DNA of 64,000 nucleotides from Octopus sinensis (lineage: Eukaryota): positions 42,222,001 to 42,286,000 of the forward strand of contig NC_043002.1 in NCBI RefSeq assembly GCF_006345805.1. Direction: 5' to 3'. Made by a program: the position numbers and the translations under genes. Within the stretch, counting starts at the first letter, position 1, and the number at the start of each line of letters is the position of its first letter. Positions 13,616 through 25,418 of the stretch are shown here, piece after piece. The notes below the pieces were generated by a model. That model saw only the letters and a list, made by a program, of their open reading frames with translations, ran no database searches and had not been told where the DNA came from.

Positions 13616-13825
13616 GGCAGGCTGGCAGAATCGGTAGCACAAAGATCAAAATACTTAGCGGCGTTTCGTCCGTCTTCATGTTCTGAGTTCGAATTCCGCC
13701 GAGGTCGCCTTTGCCTTCCATCCTTTCGAGGTAGATAAAAAGAATACTTGTTGATTACTGGGGCCAATGTGATCGACTTACCCCTTCCCCCGAATTTGCT
13801 GTCCTTGCGCCAAATTGTGAAATTA
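13616..13825 (+). mobile_element. SINE-B (tail 2)
   Basis: GGCAGGCTGGCAGAATCGGTAGCAC...GAGTTCGAATTCCGCCGAGGTCG. Confidence 0.9.
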
Positions 13826-13849
13826 ATATATTATAATGATTTTAAATTT

Positions 13850-13992
13850 GGGTACAAGACCAGCAATTTCGGGGGCGGCGGTAAAACAATTTTGTCGACC
13901 CCCAAAAGGATGAAAGGCAAATTCGACCGCGGTGGAATTAGAACTCAAAATGTAAAAACAGACAAAATGCTGCTCAGCATTTTGTCCGGCAT
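13850..13992 (-). mobile_element. Degenerate SINE-B
   Basis: AAAGGATGAAAGGCAAATTCGACC core on the minus strand. Confidence 0.8.
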
Positions 13993-14004
13993 GCTAACGA
14001 TTCT

Positions 14005-14938
14005 TTTCTACTCTAGGTACAAGGCCCGAAATTTTGGGGGAGGGGGGAGTCGATTAGATCGACCCCAGTACGCAACTGGTACTTAATTCATCGACCCCGA
14101 AAAGATGAAAGGGAAAGTCGACCTCAGCGGAATTTGAACTCAGAACGAAACGGCAGACGAAATACCTATTTCTTTACTACCCATAAGGGGCTAAACACAG
14201 AGAGGACAAACAAGGACAGACAAACGGATTAAGTCGAATATATCGACCCCAGTGCGTAACTGGTACTTACTTAATCGACCCCGAAAGGATGAAAGGCAAA
14301 GTCGACCTCTGTAGAATTTGAACTCAGATTGTAACGGCAGACGAAATACCTATTTCTATTTCTTTTCTACCCACAAGGGGCTAGACACAGAGAGGACAAA
14401 CGGATTAAGTCGAATATATCGACCCCAGTGCGTAACTGGTACTTACATAATCGACCCCGAAAGGATGAAAGGCAAAGTCGACCTCGGCAGAATTTGAACT
14501 CAGATTGTAACGGCAGACGAAATACCTATTTCTATTTCTTTACTACCCACAAGGGGCTAGACACAGAGAGGACAAACGGATTAAGTCGAATATATCGACC
14601 CCAGTGCGTAACTGGTACTTACTTAATCGACCCCGAAAGGATGAAAGGCAAAGTCGACCTCTGTAGAATTTGAACTCAGAACGTAACGGCAGACGAAATA
14701 CCTATTTCTATTTCTTTACTACCCACAAGGAGCTAAACACAGAGGACAAACAAGGACAGACACACGGATTAAGTCGATTATATCGACCCCAGTTCGTAAC
14801 TGGTACTTAATTTATCGACCCCGAAAGGATAAAAGGCAAAGTCGACCTCGGCGGAATTTGAACTCAGAATGTAACGGCAGACGAAATACCGCTAAGCATT
14901 TCGCCCAGTGTGTTAACGTTTCTGCCAAGCTTACCACC
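14005..14938 (-). repeat. SINE-B concatemer: one head, four core+tail-1 units (176-188 bp), terminal core+tail-2
   Basis: Junctions CGAAATACC/TATTTC at 14166, 14350, 14526 and 14702; head at 14891-14938. Confidence 0.95.
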
Positions 14939-15243
14939 TTAATATCAGAATATTATAATGATTTCATCGTTTCTATTTCTGGACACGATGACTATGTACA
15001 TAATCCTCCTACGATCAGCGTTTGAATTCACTTCTCATTTCATCGTTGTAACAATAGATTCTTGTCTCTCAAGTTCTCATACTGTACCTTAGTACTTTCC
15101 TTAATGCTTCCATTAAAGCTTTATTTTGTATGTGGGAGCGGAGGGGGAAAATCTGTGTGGTTGCGTGAGAAAATGTCTCCTTATATATATTTCCTTCTCA
15201 ACCATCAACTAACGAGAATTCAAATTCTTCTTTTTTTAAAACA

Positions 15244-15410
15244 TGTGGCTGTGTGGTATGTAGCTTGCTTACGAACCACATGGTTCCGGGTTCAGTCCCA
15301 CTGCGTGGCACCTTGGGCAAGTGTCTTCTACTATAGCCTCGGGCCAACCAAAGCCTTGTGAGTGGATTTGGTAGACGGAAACTGAAAGAAGCCCGCCGTA
15401 TATATGTATG

Positions 15411-15452
<42 letters not shown>

Positions 15453-15652
15453 TCTGTGTGTCTGTGTTTTCCCCCCTCCCCAACATCGCTTGACAACCGA
15501 TACTGGTGTGTTTACGTCCCCGTTATTTAGCGGTTAGGCAAAAGAGACCGATAGAATAAGTACTAGGCTTATAAAGAATAAGTCCTGGGGTCGATTTGCT
15601 CGACTAAATGCGGTGCTCCAGCATGGCCACAGTCAAATGACTGAAACAAGAG
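15244..15652 (+). mobile_element. SINE-A, near full-length
   Basis: Head, CORE-like CACCTTGGGCAAGTGTCTTC, internal (TA)(TG) tract and 3' half are all present. Confidence 0.95.
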
Positions 15653-15669
15653 TTATTTATACACTCAGG

Positions 15670-16075
15670 CATGGCAGTATGATTACGAAGATCGTTTTGC
15701 AACCATGTAGTTTCGGGTTCAATCCCCGTCTGCCGCATATTGGCAAATGTCTTTTACTATAGCCCCGGACCGACTAGTGCATTGAGTCTCGTAGACGGAA
15801 ACTGTGTGGAAGTCCGTTGTGGCAGTATGATTACGGAGATCGCTTTGCAACCATGTAGTTTCGGGTTCAATCCCAGTCCGCCGCATATTGGCAAATATCT
15901 TTTATTATAGCCCCGAACCGACTAGTGCATTGAGTCTCATTGATGGAAACTGTGTGGAAGTCCGTTGTATATCATGTATGCGTGTTTATGTGTGTTTATT
16001 CGACTAGAACCCGTCTAGGCATTTGCTCCAGTATGGCCGCAATCAAATGATTGAAACAAGTAAATATAAGAAAAT
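15670..16075 (+). mobile_element. Old SINE-A with a tandem duplication (about 149 bp) of its head
   Basis: 15672-15820 and 15821-15968 share private substitutions (GCCGCATATTGGCAAAT, GACTAGTGCATTGAGTCTC). Confidence 0.85.
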
Positions 16076-16743
16076 ATAAAGATTCCGAGAAGATAATTCC
16101 CCCCCCCCCATACATCCCACCCCACCCCACCCCTACTCTTCTCTATCACTCACTCTACAAGAAACCTCTTCCACGTCTACATCTGTAACACAACAGTCGC
16201 CATACATACTATTTATGTTTCATAAATAGAAAAAAAAAAGAAAAGAAAAGAGAAAGAAGCGTAGTTCTTATAGTAATCGAACACCAACTGGTAAATGTAA
16301 GAGGAGAACCTCATGATTAATAAATTTTATTTTTGGTGGTTATGAATTAGACAGTTTAAATCAGAGGACGGGCCAGATGTCACGACATGATTTAATTTTA
16401 TTATACAGTTCTGAAGGCTGACTCATTCCTTTCATTATCTGGCTGTGCTGTGTTTATCAGAAAAACCATTTAATTATCGAATCATCCATTTGTAAAAAGG
16501 CACAACATGGGCGGGTGGAGTGCTTTAAGTTATTGGGTGTATTTATTGTTGTGGTGTTATTTTTGTCTCGTTTTTGTTTCTTTTTATTTTTAATTATCTA
16601 TTTTTTGTTTGTTTTTTAGTTTGTAGGACTAGGTTAAATTCTTCTTATGGGCAAATTTTGTACGTAAACTGGCGTCCTGTCCAGACATAAAACTGTCTCG
16701 CGACAGTTCAAAGTGTAAAAATTGCAGATACACACACACACAA

Positions 16744-16774
<31 letters not shown>

Positions 16775-16863
16775 TGTATGTATGTATGTATGTATGTATG
16801 TATGTATGTATGTGTATATGTGTATATGTATGTATTAAGCAAGTATGCATGTATGGGTATGTA

Positions 16864-16921
<58 letters not shown>

Positions 16922-16978
16922 ATATATATTATATATATATATATATAGATAGATAGATAGATGTGTGTATGTGTATAC

Positions 16979-17011
<33 letters not shown>

Positions 17012-17351
17012 CAACCAACAAGAGATGGTCAAGTTATCGAGTCGGGGAGATTTGCTAGAAACAGCAGGGACACATTAAATAATGTCATAAATACACTGCC
17101 TCTGAAAAAAAAGCTAGTAAATGAGGGTGGAATGATCACTAGCGGAATGCCTCTAATGAAAGATCTTGCTTAATGAAAGTTAATGTGCTAGCTAAAAAAA
17201 ATCAAATTACAGCGATGGCCCGACCCTCTTCCCATGAAAACAGCCCTGTCTTAAACATAAAGACGAAACAGTAATTCTTAGAATTAACGAATAAATGAAT
17301 TACACTAGATATTTTTATTGTACCAATTCCTCATTCTGACTTTCAGTAGAA

Positions 17352-17512
17352 GGCGGCGAGCTGACAGAATCGTTAGCACGCCGGGCGAAATGCTTAGCAG
17401 TATTTCGTCTGCCGCTACGTTCTGAGTTCAAATTCCGCCGAGGTCGACTTTGCCTTTCATCCTTTCGGGGTCGATTAAATAAGTAACAGTTATGCACTGG
17501 TGTCAATATAAT
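17352..17512 (+). mobile_element. SINE-B, 3' truncated
   Basis: GGCGGCGAGCTGACAGAATCGTTAGCACGCCGGGCG head plus core. Confidence 0.93.
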
Positions 17513-17641
17513 CACAGGTCTCGGCTTGAATACATGTGATAGTCATATTCTACTGACTCTATCGGCCAACCCATTTTAGCCAGAGCCATCTAGATGCATT
17601 CTCTGGTGTCTCCACGTTGTTCTTAATGACTCCTGCGTAGC

Positions 17642-17974
17642 CACTAGCGTAGCTGGGATGGGGGCGGATAGCGGCGGCTTTTTGGGGTCTGCTGTAGGCA
17701 ACATGTGCTTTTGTGGGGTCCAGGGGCGGCAAACGGAAGGGCTGTCTCGGGCGGTACACACTCTAGCTACGTTGGTGTGCGTAGCTAGAGTATATGCCGT
17801 CTTGGACAGCCCGTGTGTTTGCTTCCGCTCTCTTTACGCTTAAACAGGCTTATAAAGTGGAATCTGCTGTATGAGACTATACAGGCTTATACAGCAGATC
17901 CAAATGCGCTGCTTCCATAGAAGCGTCGCCCAACGCAGAAGGTGCAACTTACCTCCCTCCTAGCTACGCTGCTG
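17642..17974. mobile_element. GC-rich MITE/foldback element with internal palindromes
   Basis: Ends CACTAGCGTAGCTGG and CCTAGCTACGCTGCTG are imperfect inverted repeats; hairpins at 17729-17822 and 17859-17901; no clear TSD. Confidence 0.65.
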
Positions 17975-18609
17975 TCCTGTTCATCCTCGTAATGCCTTGT
18001 GTTCCAAAGACCTACAGAGGGAACGACCTACAAACTCTTGACTGCCCGCCTTTACTGGCATGCATCTAGTCACCCACGCAATTCTGTAGCAGTCCTACAT
18101 TAACTTCTAGTACATTGCCCTTTGTTTCTGTTCTGTCTTATATTCCTTTCTTTCTGTTTACCAATCGTATATCAAACAGAATGACATCTTGAGCATTTAT
18201 TTACAATCCTACCATCTCCGCCCCCAAATTGTCAGGAATGAGAAGAGGAGAGGAAGAAGCATGAAATATTGTCGTTCTCAAAAGGTTCAATGTACAACGT
18301 TTTAAGTTCGGAATTATAAATAAAGCCAGCTCATAAAGTGTAGAGTTTAAGAAAAAACGTTCAGTGCGGCTTTAAGACAAAATCCACTCTGATTTGCATT
18401 GTCTGTTTCCAACAAATTTCGATCAACTGATCTTAGTAGAGTTTTCTCGCTTGCTTGTTGATTTTTAACTTTTATACACTCCCTAGAGGGGCAATTTGTT
18501 TATAAATTTCTTTTGTTATCTTAGTCGATCAAAATTTTCAACTCATTCTGATATTCAACTGAGATTACTGAATAGTCAGTCGTATGGTCGATTAAACCAA
18601 TACGTACAC

Positions 18610-18644
<35 letters not shown>

Positions 18645-18677
18645 CACACACATACACAAACACACACACACAAAGAA

Positions 18678-18818
18678 TTTGTAAACTCTCGATATATTCT
18701 TTTTGGGAAATATCTCGAAGCACGAAGATGTCTACAAGAGATGTGAGTTCCAGTCCCACGAGAAGCCTTCGACATTTTCTATCCGAAACGGTTTTTTACC
18801 CTAATATTTACATGCTTG
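18678..18818 (+). repeat. Partial second copy of the tRNA-loop foldback element at 24005-24206
   Basis: GTGAGTTCCAGTCCCACGAGAAGCCTTCGACATTTTCTATCC...TACATGC matches its B-box region and right arm. Confidence 0.75.
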
Positions 18819-18824
18819 TTGGGA

Positions 18825-19030
18825 GATTAGCAGAATCGTTAGCACGCCGAGGAAAACGCTTAGCAGCATTTCGTCCGTCTTTTCGTGGAAAATTCAAATT
18901 CCGCCAAGGTCGACTTGACTTTCATCCTTTCGAGGTCGATAAATTAAGTGCCAGTGAAACACTGGGATCGATATAATCGACTACCCCTACCCCAAGATTT
19001 CAGGCCTTGTGCCTTTAGTAGAAAGGATTA
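18825..19030 (+). mobile_element. SINE-B (tail 2)
   Basis: Head, core and tail CCTTGTGCCTTTAGTAGAAAGGATTATT. Confidence 0.88.
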
Positions 19031-19724
19031 TTTCTACAGTTATATATATATATATACAAATACTGAAAAAAATGTTCTGAAATCAATGTTTTAAACATTA
19101 CATACAAATGGAAGTATGTTGGGAGAATCGTTAGACTGATGAACAAAAATGTTCTGAGTTCAGATCCCGTGGAGGTCGACTGTTCATTTTTCTCGGATGC
19201 CAAAAAGCAGCAGGGAAGAACTGGGTAGACTTAATTAACTGTTCCCACCTGCCTATAGATGTATGTCCTTGTACTTAGGTTTCAAAAATCAACATTTAAA
19301 CATTTCTCGCAAAGGCCAGTTGATTCGTGGAATCGTTCATGCAGCAAACAAAAATGTCATGTGGTATTTCGTTAAGTTTTCCTCAGTTCAAATTCTGCTG
19401 GAATCGATTTTATCTTTCAGCCCTCCGGGAGGTTTGCTAACATAAATACCAAAGAAACAACAGGATTGATTTAATAGTCAATTAATCCTTCTGCGCATAC
19501 TGACTCTTGCATTATGCTAGGAGTTAGCATTAACATAACACACAAATAAGGGAATCTTCTTTTTTTATGATTGAGGCCATACTGGAGCAGTACCTTGAAA
19601 AATTTTTTGTCGAATTAATCTACCCCAGTACTTATCCTCTGTTTGCCGAACCGCTAAATTAGGGAGACGTGAACACACAACACCGGTTGTCAAGTGGTAC
19701 TAAGAGACGAACACAGACACAAGG

Positions 19725-19755
<31 letters not shown>

Positions 19756-19759
19756 CAAG

Positions 19760-20415
19760 TCCAGTGTTTTTCCTCTCCATCCTCCGTCCTCCGTTTCCGT
19801 GGCTTGGAGGACAGTCACCTCTTCCTCGCTTCCAATGAGGACGGCTGCCGCAACCCAAGCCACTTCTATATCGGGTGAAATTCCTTCTACCTTCACCTTA
19901 GAAGTCTTTCTTCCAAGGTACGTAGGTAGAAGTACCACTTCCACCGATTTTACAGTTGCACTCACCAGCATTTTTGCCTCCTCTGCTGTCCTAAACTGGA
20001 CAACCACCGTCCCATATCCATTTCCTTTGGCTATGTACGTCACTTCCTTCGAAAGCCCCTTCAATGCTTTTTCTACCTTTTTCCATCTCCATCCGCTCCA
20101 CCTTCCTACTCTTCACTGAGTACACCTTGTACTCAATGGTCTTCTTTTCGGGGGTAATAACTTTACGTGACGACCCACCTTCTGTGTCATCTTACTCAGC
20201 TCCTTCCGTTCGGCTAGGTCCACCTCCCTTTTCTTCACCTCTACAGCCTCAGCAAAACTCTTTACTCTTTCCAAATGCTCGTCCATTCTATTTGCCGCTT
20301 TAACGAGCTCCTCTTCCGCTGAGGACACTCACTGACAAACCGCTGCCAAGCAGCAGAAAAAACTCCGTCCGACTCGTCAAAAATCAACACAGCAAATAGA
20401 CCGACGCATGCGCTG
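19760..20415 (-). mobile_element. LINE 5' UTR and ORF1 remnant (possibly L1/Tx1 type), embedded in a SINE-A
   Basis: About 190 aa across frameshifts: SSAEEELVKAANRMDEHLERVK (coiled-coil-like)...GYGTVVVQFRTAEEAKML...LLPTYLGRKTSKVKVEGI (RRM-like). SINE-A head at 20415-20451 and 3' half at 19575-19760, all on the minus strand. Confidence 0.6.
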
Positions 20416-22064
20416 GAAGCAAGCCTCTTACCACAGAACCACGTCTACGCCCATGGTAGATTTGACTAAAACAGCGGACAAAATATTTATGTAGTGCTTC
20501 ATTGCGTCTCCTGAGTTCAAATCCTATCAAGATCGACTTCATCTTTTATTATTGAAACAGTACAATAAAGATCTCGTCAAGGAACTTTCTTTCGTAATTT
20601 TCAGCCCGAGGCCATTGCTACAATATTAGCGACAAATTGTCACGAAGTATTTAGTTACGCTTCTTTACGCTTTAAACCCAAGCGAATTCAATTTGCCTTA
20701 CAGCTTTTAGGATAAAAAAAAATTAAGTAAAAGTATAGGAATCAGTTTATTGACTATATCCATCCCCAAATTTGAACCCTTAGGATAATGCTAATAATTA
20801 ATACCAAGCATACACACACAAATAATTTCCTATTCCATTTTCTGAAAAATATATTATTACTGCAGTTAAATCACCACCTCATATATACTTAAATATAAAA
20901 CAAACAGGTTATATGTATTCATTGCCAGGCAGCCATATTTTCTTTTAATATTGTATGTGAATTTGGAAAAAAAAAATTGTCAAGTCATTCTTGCTTTCTT
21001 GGTTTTAAGTAAAGAATTAGTCAAATATTGCTGTTGGCTAAACCATGGTCAGGTTTCATCGAGTAGACGTATGATTAAAAGCATTCCCACCATGGCTTTC
21101 TCATAGTATTTCTTTCAGACAAGACTATAACTTTATTCTATGTATATTTCAATCTTTTTTCTTTCTTCCCTTTTTTCAGCTGTAAGGTGTTACATGAAGG
21201 TAATTTTGATGATGTTTCTAACGGATTAAAAATAGGTTTTTGTTTTTAGGGATTTTTAGTCAGAGGCTAGTGGCAAACAAGCAAAAACAACCACCTGGTT
21301 CGAATGCATGCAACAGAGTGGACTCCGTTAAAGGGTATTAAAAACCAGGTATTACATGATTATGTTAATTACGTGAGAGCCTTATTACTGAAGCAGTCCC
21401 TCCTCATTTTACTTTCAGCTCCTTTGGACCTAACCTTCCCTCTCGCCTTTCCTTCGGTATATTTCTCTTTTCTATTCTATTTGTTTCTCTCTCTTTTCTC
21501 TCTTTTATCCACCTCTCTCTCTCTCTCTCCCTCTCTCTCACACACACACTTTCTAGATATATTTGTTATCAACACTTTTCAATACACTTTATTCCAAACT
21601 CTTTTCTGTGTACACCGAAGTCTTGTTCATAAGCTTTCACCAAAAGCAAATTTAGCATTTTCTTTATGGATATACACACCCTCCATAATCAAAAGGCCTG
21701 AAAAACATCCTGCTGTGATGACTTGACAGTCTCATTCAATACGACCAGTCACAACAATCATCCCTCGTTATAACAAATCACCCTCATGACTCAGCATTCA
21801 TTTCATAAAGGAACAGTGTACAGTAGAAGCAACCAAAACCTTTTACAAATACAAAATATTACATATAATAAGAGCTTTGAGGCCATCTTAGATTGGTGAA
21901 GGAGAGCGGCGGGATGAACACATGCCGTGAGGTTAGAAAAACTACTTTGTAACCTCGAAGTTCTGAGTTTCTTACCATTGAGCAATACCTTGGCAAATGT
22001 CTTTTACTGCCATGACAGGAACTGGAAAGTTTTGGGGAAAGAAAAATGTGATTTACACTATTTC

Positions 22065-22522
22065 CTGTTGCTTACTCTTTACTCTTTTACTTGTTTCAGT
22101 CATTTGACTGCGGCCATGCTGGAGCACCGCCTTTAGTCGAGCAAATCGACCCCAGGAGTTATTCTTTGTAAGCCTAGTACTTATTCTATCGGTCTCTTTT
22201 GCCGACCCGCTAAGTTACGGAGACGTAAACACACCAGCATCGGATGGTCAAGTGATGTTAGGGGGACAAACATAGACACACAAACATAAACACACACACA
22301 TATATATACGAGAGCCTGTGACTCTCCTTCACCAATCTAAGATGGCCTCAAAGCTCTTATTATATGTAATATTTCAGTTTCCGTCTACCAAATCCACTCA
22401 CAAGGCTTTGGTCGGCCTGTGGCTATAGTAGAAGACACTTGCCCAAGGTGCCACGCAGTGGGACTGAACCCGGAACCATGTGGTTCGTAAACAAGCTACT
22501 TACCACACAACCACTTCTACGC
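22065..22522 (-). mobile_element. SINE-A, full-length, with a templated insertion
   Basis: (TACTCTTT) tail and head present; 22322-22374 is foreign sequence. Confidence 0.93.
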
Positions 22523-22644
22523 TTCTTAATGTTTTGAATTCAAATTCCGCTAGAGTTGGGGGTAGCTTTCCGCCTTTTCTTTTCGCCTAATGAATTTTTT
22601 AAAACCTTTGTATTTTAAGAAATTATTTATAGATGAAATTAAGG

Positions 22645-23095
22645 CAGCAAATTGGCAGAATCTGTAGCACGCCGCGCAAAAATGTTTAGCTGCATTTCGA
22701 CCGTCTTTACGTTCCCAGTTCATTTTCCGTCGAGGTCGATTTTGCTCTTCATCCTTTCGGGGTCGACAAAAAAAGTACCAGTTGAACACTGAGATCGATG
22801 TAATCGACTTACCCCCACTCCAAAAAAAAAAAATAGTGAGCCTTGTGCCAAAATTTGAAACCGTTATTTATAGATGAAATTAAGGAGGTGAGCTGGCAGA
22901 AATCGTTAGCACGCCGATGAAAATGCTTAGCAGCATTTCGTCCGTCTATATGTTCTCAGTTCAAATTCCACCGAGGTCGTCTTAACCTTTCATCCTTTCG
23001 GGGTCGTCAAAATAAGTACCAGTTGGATACTGAGATCGATGTAATCGACTTATTCCCTCGTCCAAAATTGCTGGCCTTGCGCCAAAATTTGAGAT
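22645..23095 (+). mobile_element. Two adjacent SINE-B copies, the first flanked by a duplication of about 20 bp
   Basis: TTATTTATAGATGAAATTAA at about 22623 and 22864. Confidence 0.88.
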
Positions 23096-23659
23096 GAAAT
23101 CGTTTCCAGATACATCACCAATAAAGATTAATTTACATATTTCTCGATGCTTCTAACTTTGTTTTAAGAAACTTACTTTTTCACTTATGAAATTAAAACA
23201 TCTGTTTTGGATGACTGAAAGTCCGAAGGTTAAATTAGTGTAATTGGCATCATGTATATTTGTCTGTTTTAAACAACCTTTGTCAGCTATATATGCAAAA
23301 GCAATTGTTCAAGCTTGCGTTTTTTATTTCATTTCTGGCTCTCGCAGGAATACCCCAAACGTCATATAAGCTTCAGACAAGCAATGTCATTCTAAGAACC
23401 GTCCACATGAAACTCCGTTGTTGCTTAACCAATATTTTTAAATGACATTTTAAATAATTTTAAATATTGTTAATTATAATATCTATAAAAAGTATTTAAA
23501 AATGTAATGCGTATATGTTTTTAATATATGATGTTTTTTTTATCTAATATATTTTTTAAGATACGTGTTATTTTACTTTTCTCCAATTTTCATACATTTC
23601 AAAATAATTTTCGAGAGAACGTGGAATAATTCTTATTTGGAATTCGTTCTCGAAGTACA

Positions 23660-23998
23660 TATATAAAGACTACCCCACTCGATTATGAATGACCATGGGA
23701 TTGCACCCAGAAAGTTACCCACCGTGACACAAGTCCGGGCAAGGTTGTTTATGGAAGACCAGCAGTCGCCCATGCATACCAACCTCCTCTCTCCACGCCA
23801 CCGATGTTATCCGAGGGAAAGGCAAAGAACGACACAGCTTGGCACCAATGACATCGTGACTTATTTCTACAGCTGAGTGAAGTGGAGCAACGTGAAATAA
23901 AGTGTCTTGCTCAAGAGCATAACATACAGCCCGGCCCGGGAATCGAACTCACTACCTCATGATTGTAAGCTCGACGCGCTAACCACTGAGTTATGCTC
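23660..23998 (-). mobile_element. SINE-C-related element with a different tail
   Basis: Same head and core (AAGTGTCTTGCTCAAG, GGGAATCGAACTC); tail shared with 29325-29455. Confidence 0.85.
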
Positions 23999-24004
23999 CA
24001 CCAG

Positions 24005-24206
24005 TACATATAAAGCTATAATTAATATTGAGTTGAAAAACTCTTTTGGATAGAAAAAGTCGAAGGCTTCTCGTGGTACAGTAGTAGAACGCATGACCTA
24101 TCTATAAGAATTGTGGGTTCGTGTCCCACGAGCAGCCTTCGATTTTTTCCTTTTCAGAATGGTTTTTCAACCCATATCTACATGCTTATTATTTATAGCA
24201 TATGTA
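24005..24206 (+). mobile_element. Foldback element whose loop is a tRNA-like A/B-box module
   Basis: Arms 24031-24076 and 24126-24172; TGGTACAGTAGT at 24074 and GGTTCGTGTCC at 24116; anticodon arm unpaired. Confidence 0.7.
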
Positions 24207-24512
24207 TATCGAGAACCAATTCTCCGTCACTCGCAAATATTCCAAATATATTTAAACCAACAAATAACTCAAGGCGCGGATTAACAGCTGAACAAGTAGA
24301 AACGGGAAACTGGGAGTAGTGGGAACTCTTCAATTATAATGTATTTAAGAATACTCTGCATTTACACATTGTGATCTGTAATTTTTCACTTCTCGGTGAA
24401 TCATAAGAAATATATGTGGGTCTATAAACTGATTGGCACCGAAAAATGCTGCAACTAATAATAAATATGAACTAAATTCATTCTCCGTCTTCTTATATAT
24501 TACGCTTCATAT

Positions 24513-25120
24513 GGGCGGCGAGCCGGCAGAATGGTTGGCTGGCAGAATTTCTTCCGTTTTTGCATTCTGAGTTGAAATTCCGCCGAGATCGACTTTGCCT
24601 TTCAGCCATTTTAGGGTCGATAAAATGATTTACTAGTTGAACACTGGGGTCGATGTAATTGACCAGCACCCTCTCACAAAATTTTAGGTCTTGTGTCTAT
24701 AGTAAAAAATGATCATATGCTACTTTTTGTAAGACTTACACGCGGCTTTTATCAGTGACGTATCTACAGTTTCCACACTTGTGAATCTTGAGTGTTTTCT
24801 CGGTTCCAACGAATGTTGAACAGGAAAATACACTGAGGTCTTACGCTATGAGGATCTACACAATATATAAGATTAATACAGAAGACGGAGTATAACAAGA
24901 AGCGAGCTGGCAGAAACGTTAGCACGCCGGGCGAAATGCTTAGTAGTATTTCTGTCGCTACGTTCTGAGTTCAAATTCCGCCGAGGTCGACTTTGCCTTT
25001 CATCCTTTCGGGTTCGATTAAATAAGTACCAGTTACGCACTGGGTCAATGTAATCGACTTAATCCCTTTGTCTGTCCTTGTCTCCTCTATGTTTAGCCCC
25101 TTGTGGGCAATAAAGAAATG
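24513..25120 (+). mobile_element. Two SINE-B copies (24513-24715 tail 2; 24900-25120 tail 1)
   Basis: Head and core motifs. Confidence 0.9.
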
Positions 25121-25358
25121 AGAAAAAGAAATGAGAAACATTTATTTATTATAATAACAATCGTTTCAGCTTCATATTGCGCTGCTTCCTACAGGGCGTG
25201 GAACGATGTAATAACACCAGATGCAACGCATAGTGCAAAAGAGCCTCTTCGGGTTACATAAGATGCTTCACGAGATTTCGGTTTCACTTCAAGCTATATG
25301 GTGAGAGATTCTAGCAGTTCAAGTCCATTTTTGTATAATTACATATATGTATATAATT

Positions 25359-25418
<60 letters not shown>

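Noticed and set aside
14005-14938. CRISPR-like or satellite-gene array
   Set aside because: Units are whole SINE bodies with no unique spacers; the context is eukaryotic and there are no cas genes.
24066-24138. Functional tRNA gene
   Set aside because: The anticodon arm does not pair and acceptor/D-arm spacing is off by one.
25155-25195. Variant hammerhead on the minus strand (CUGUAGG A AGC...GCU GAAA CGAUUGUU)
   Set aside because: No stem I pairing and only a 3-bp stem II.
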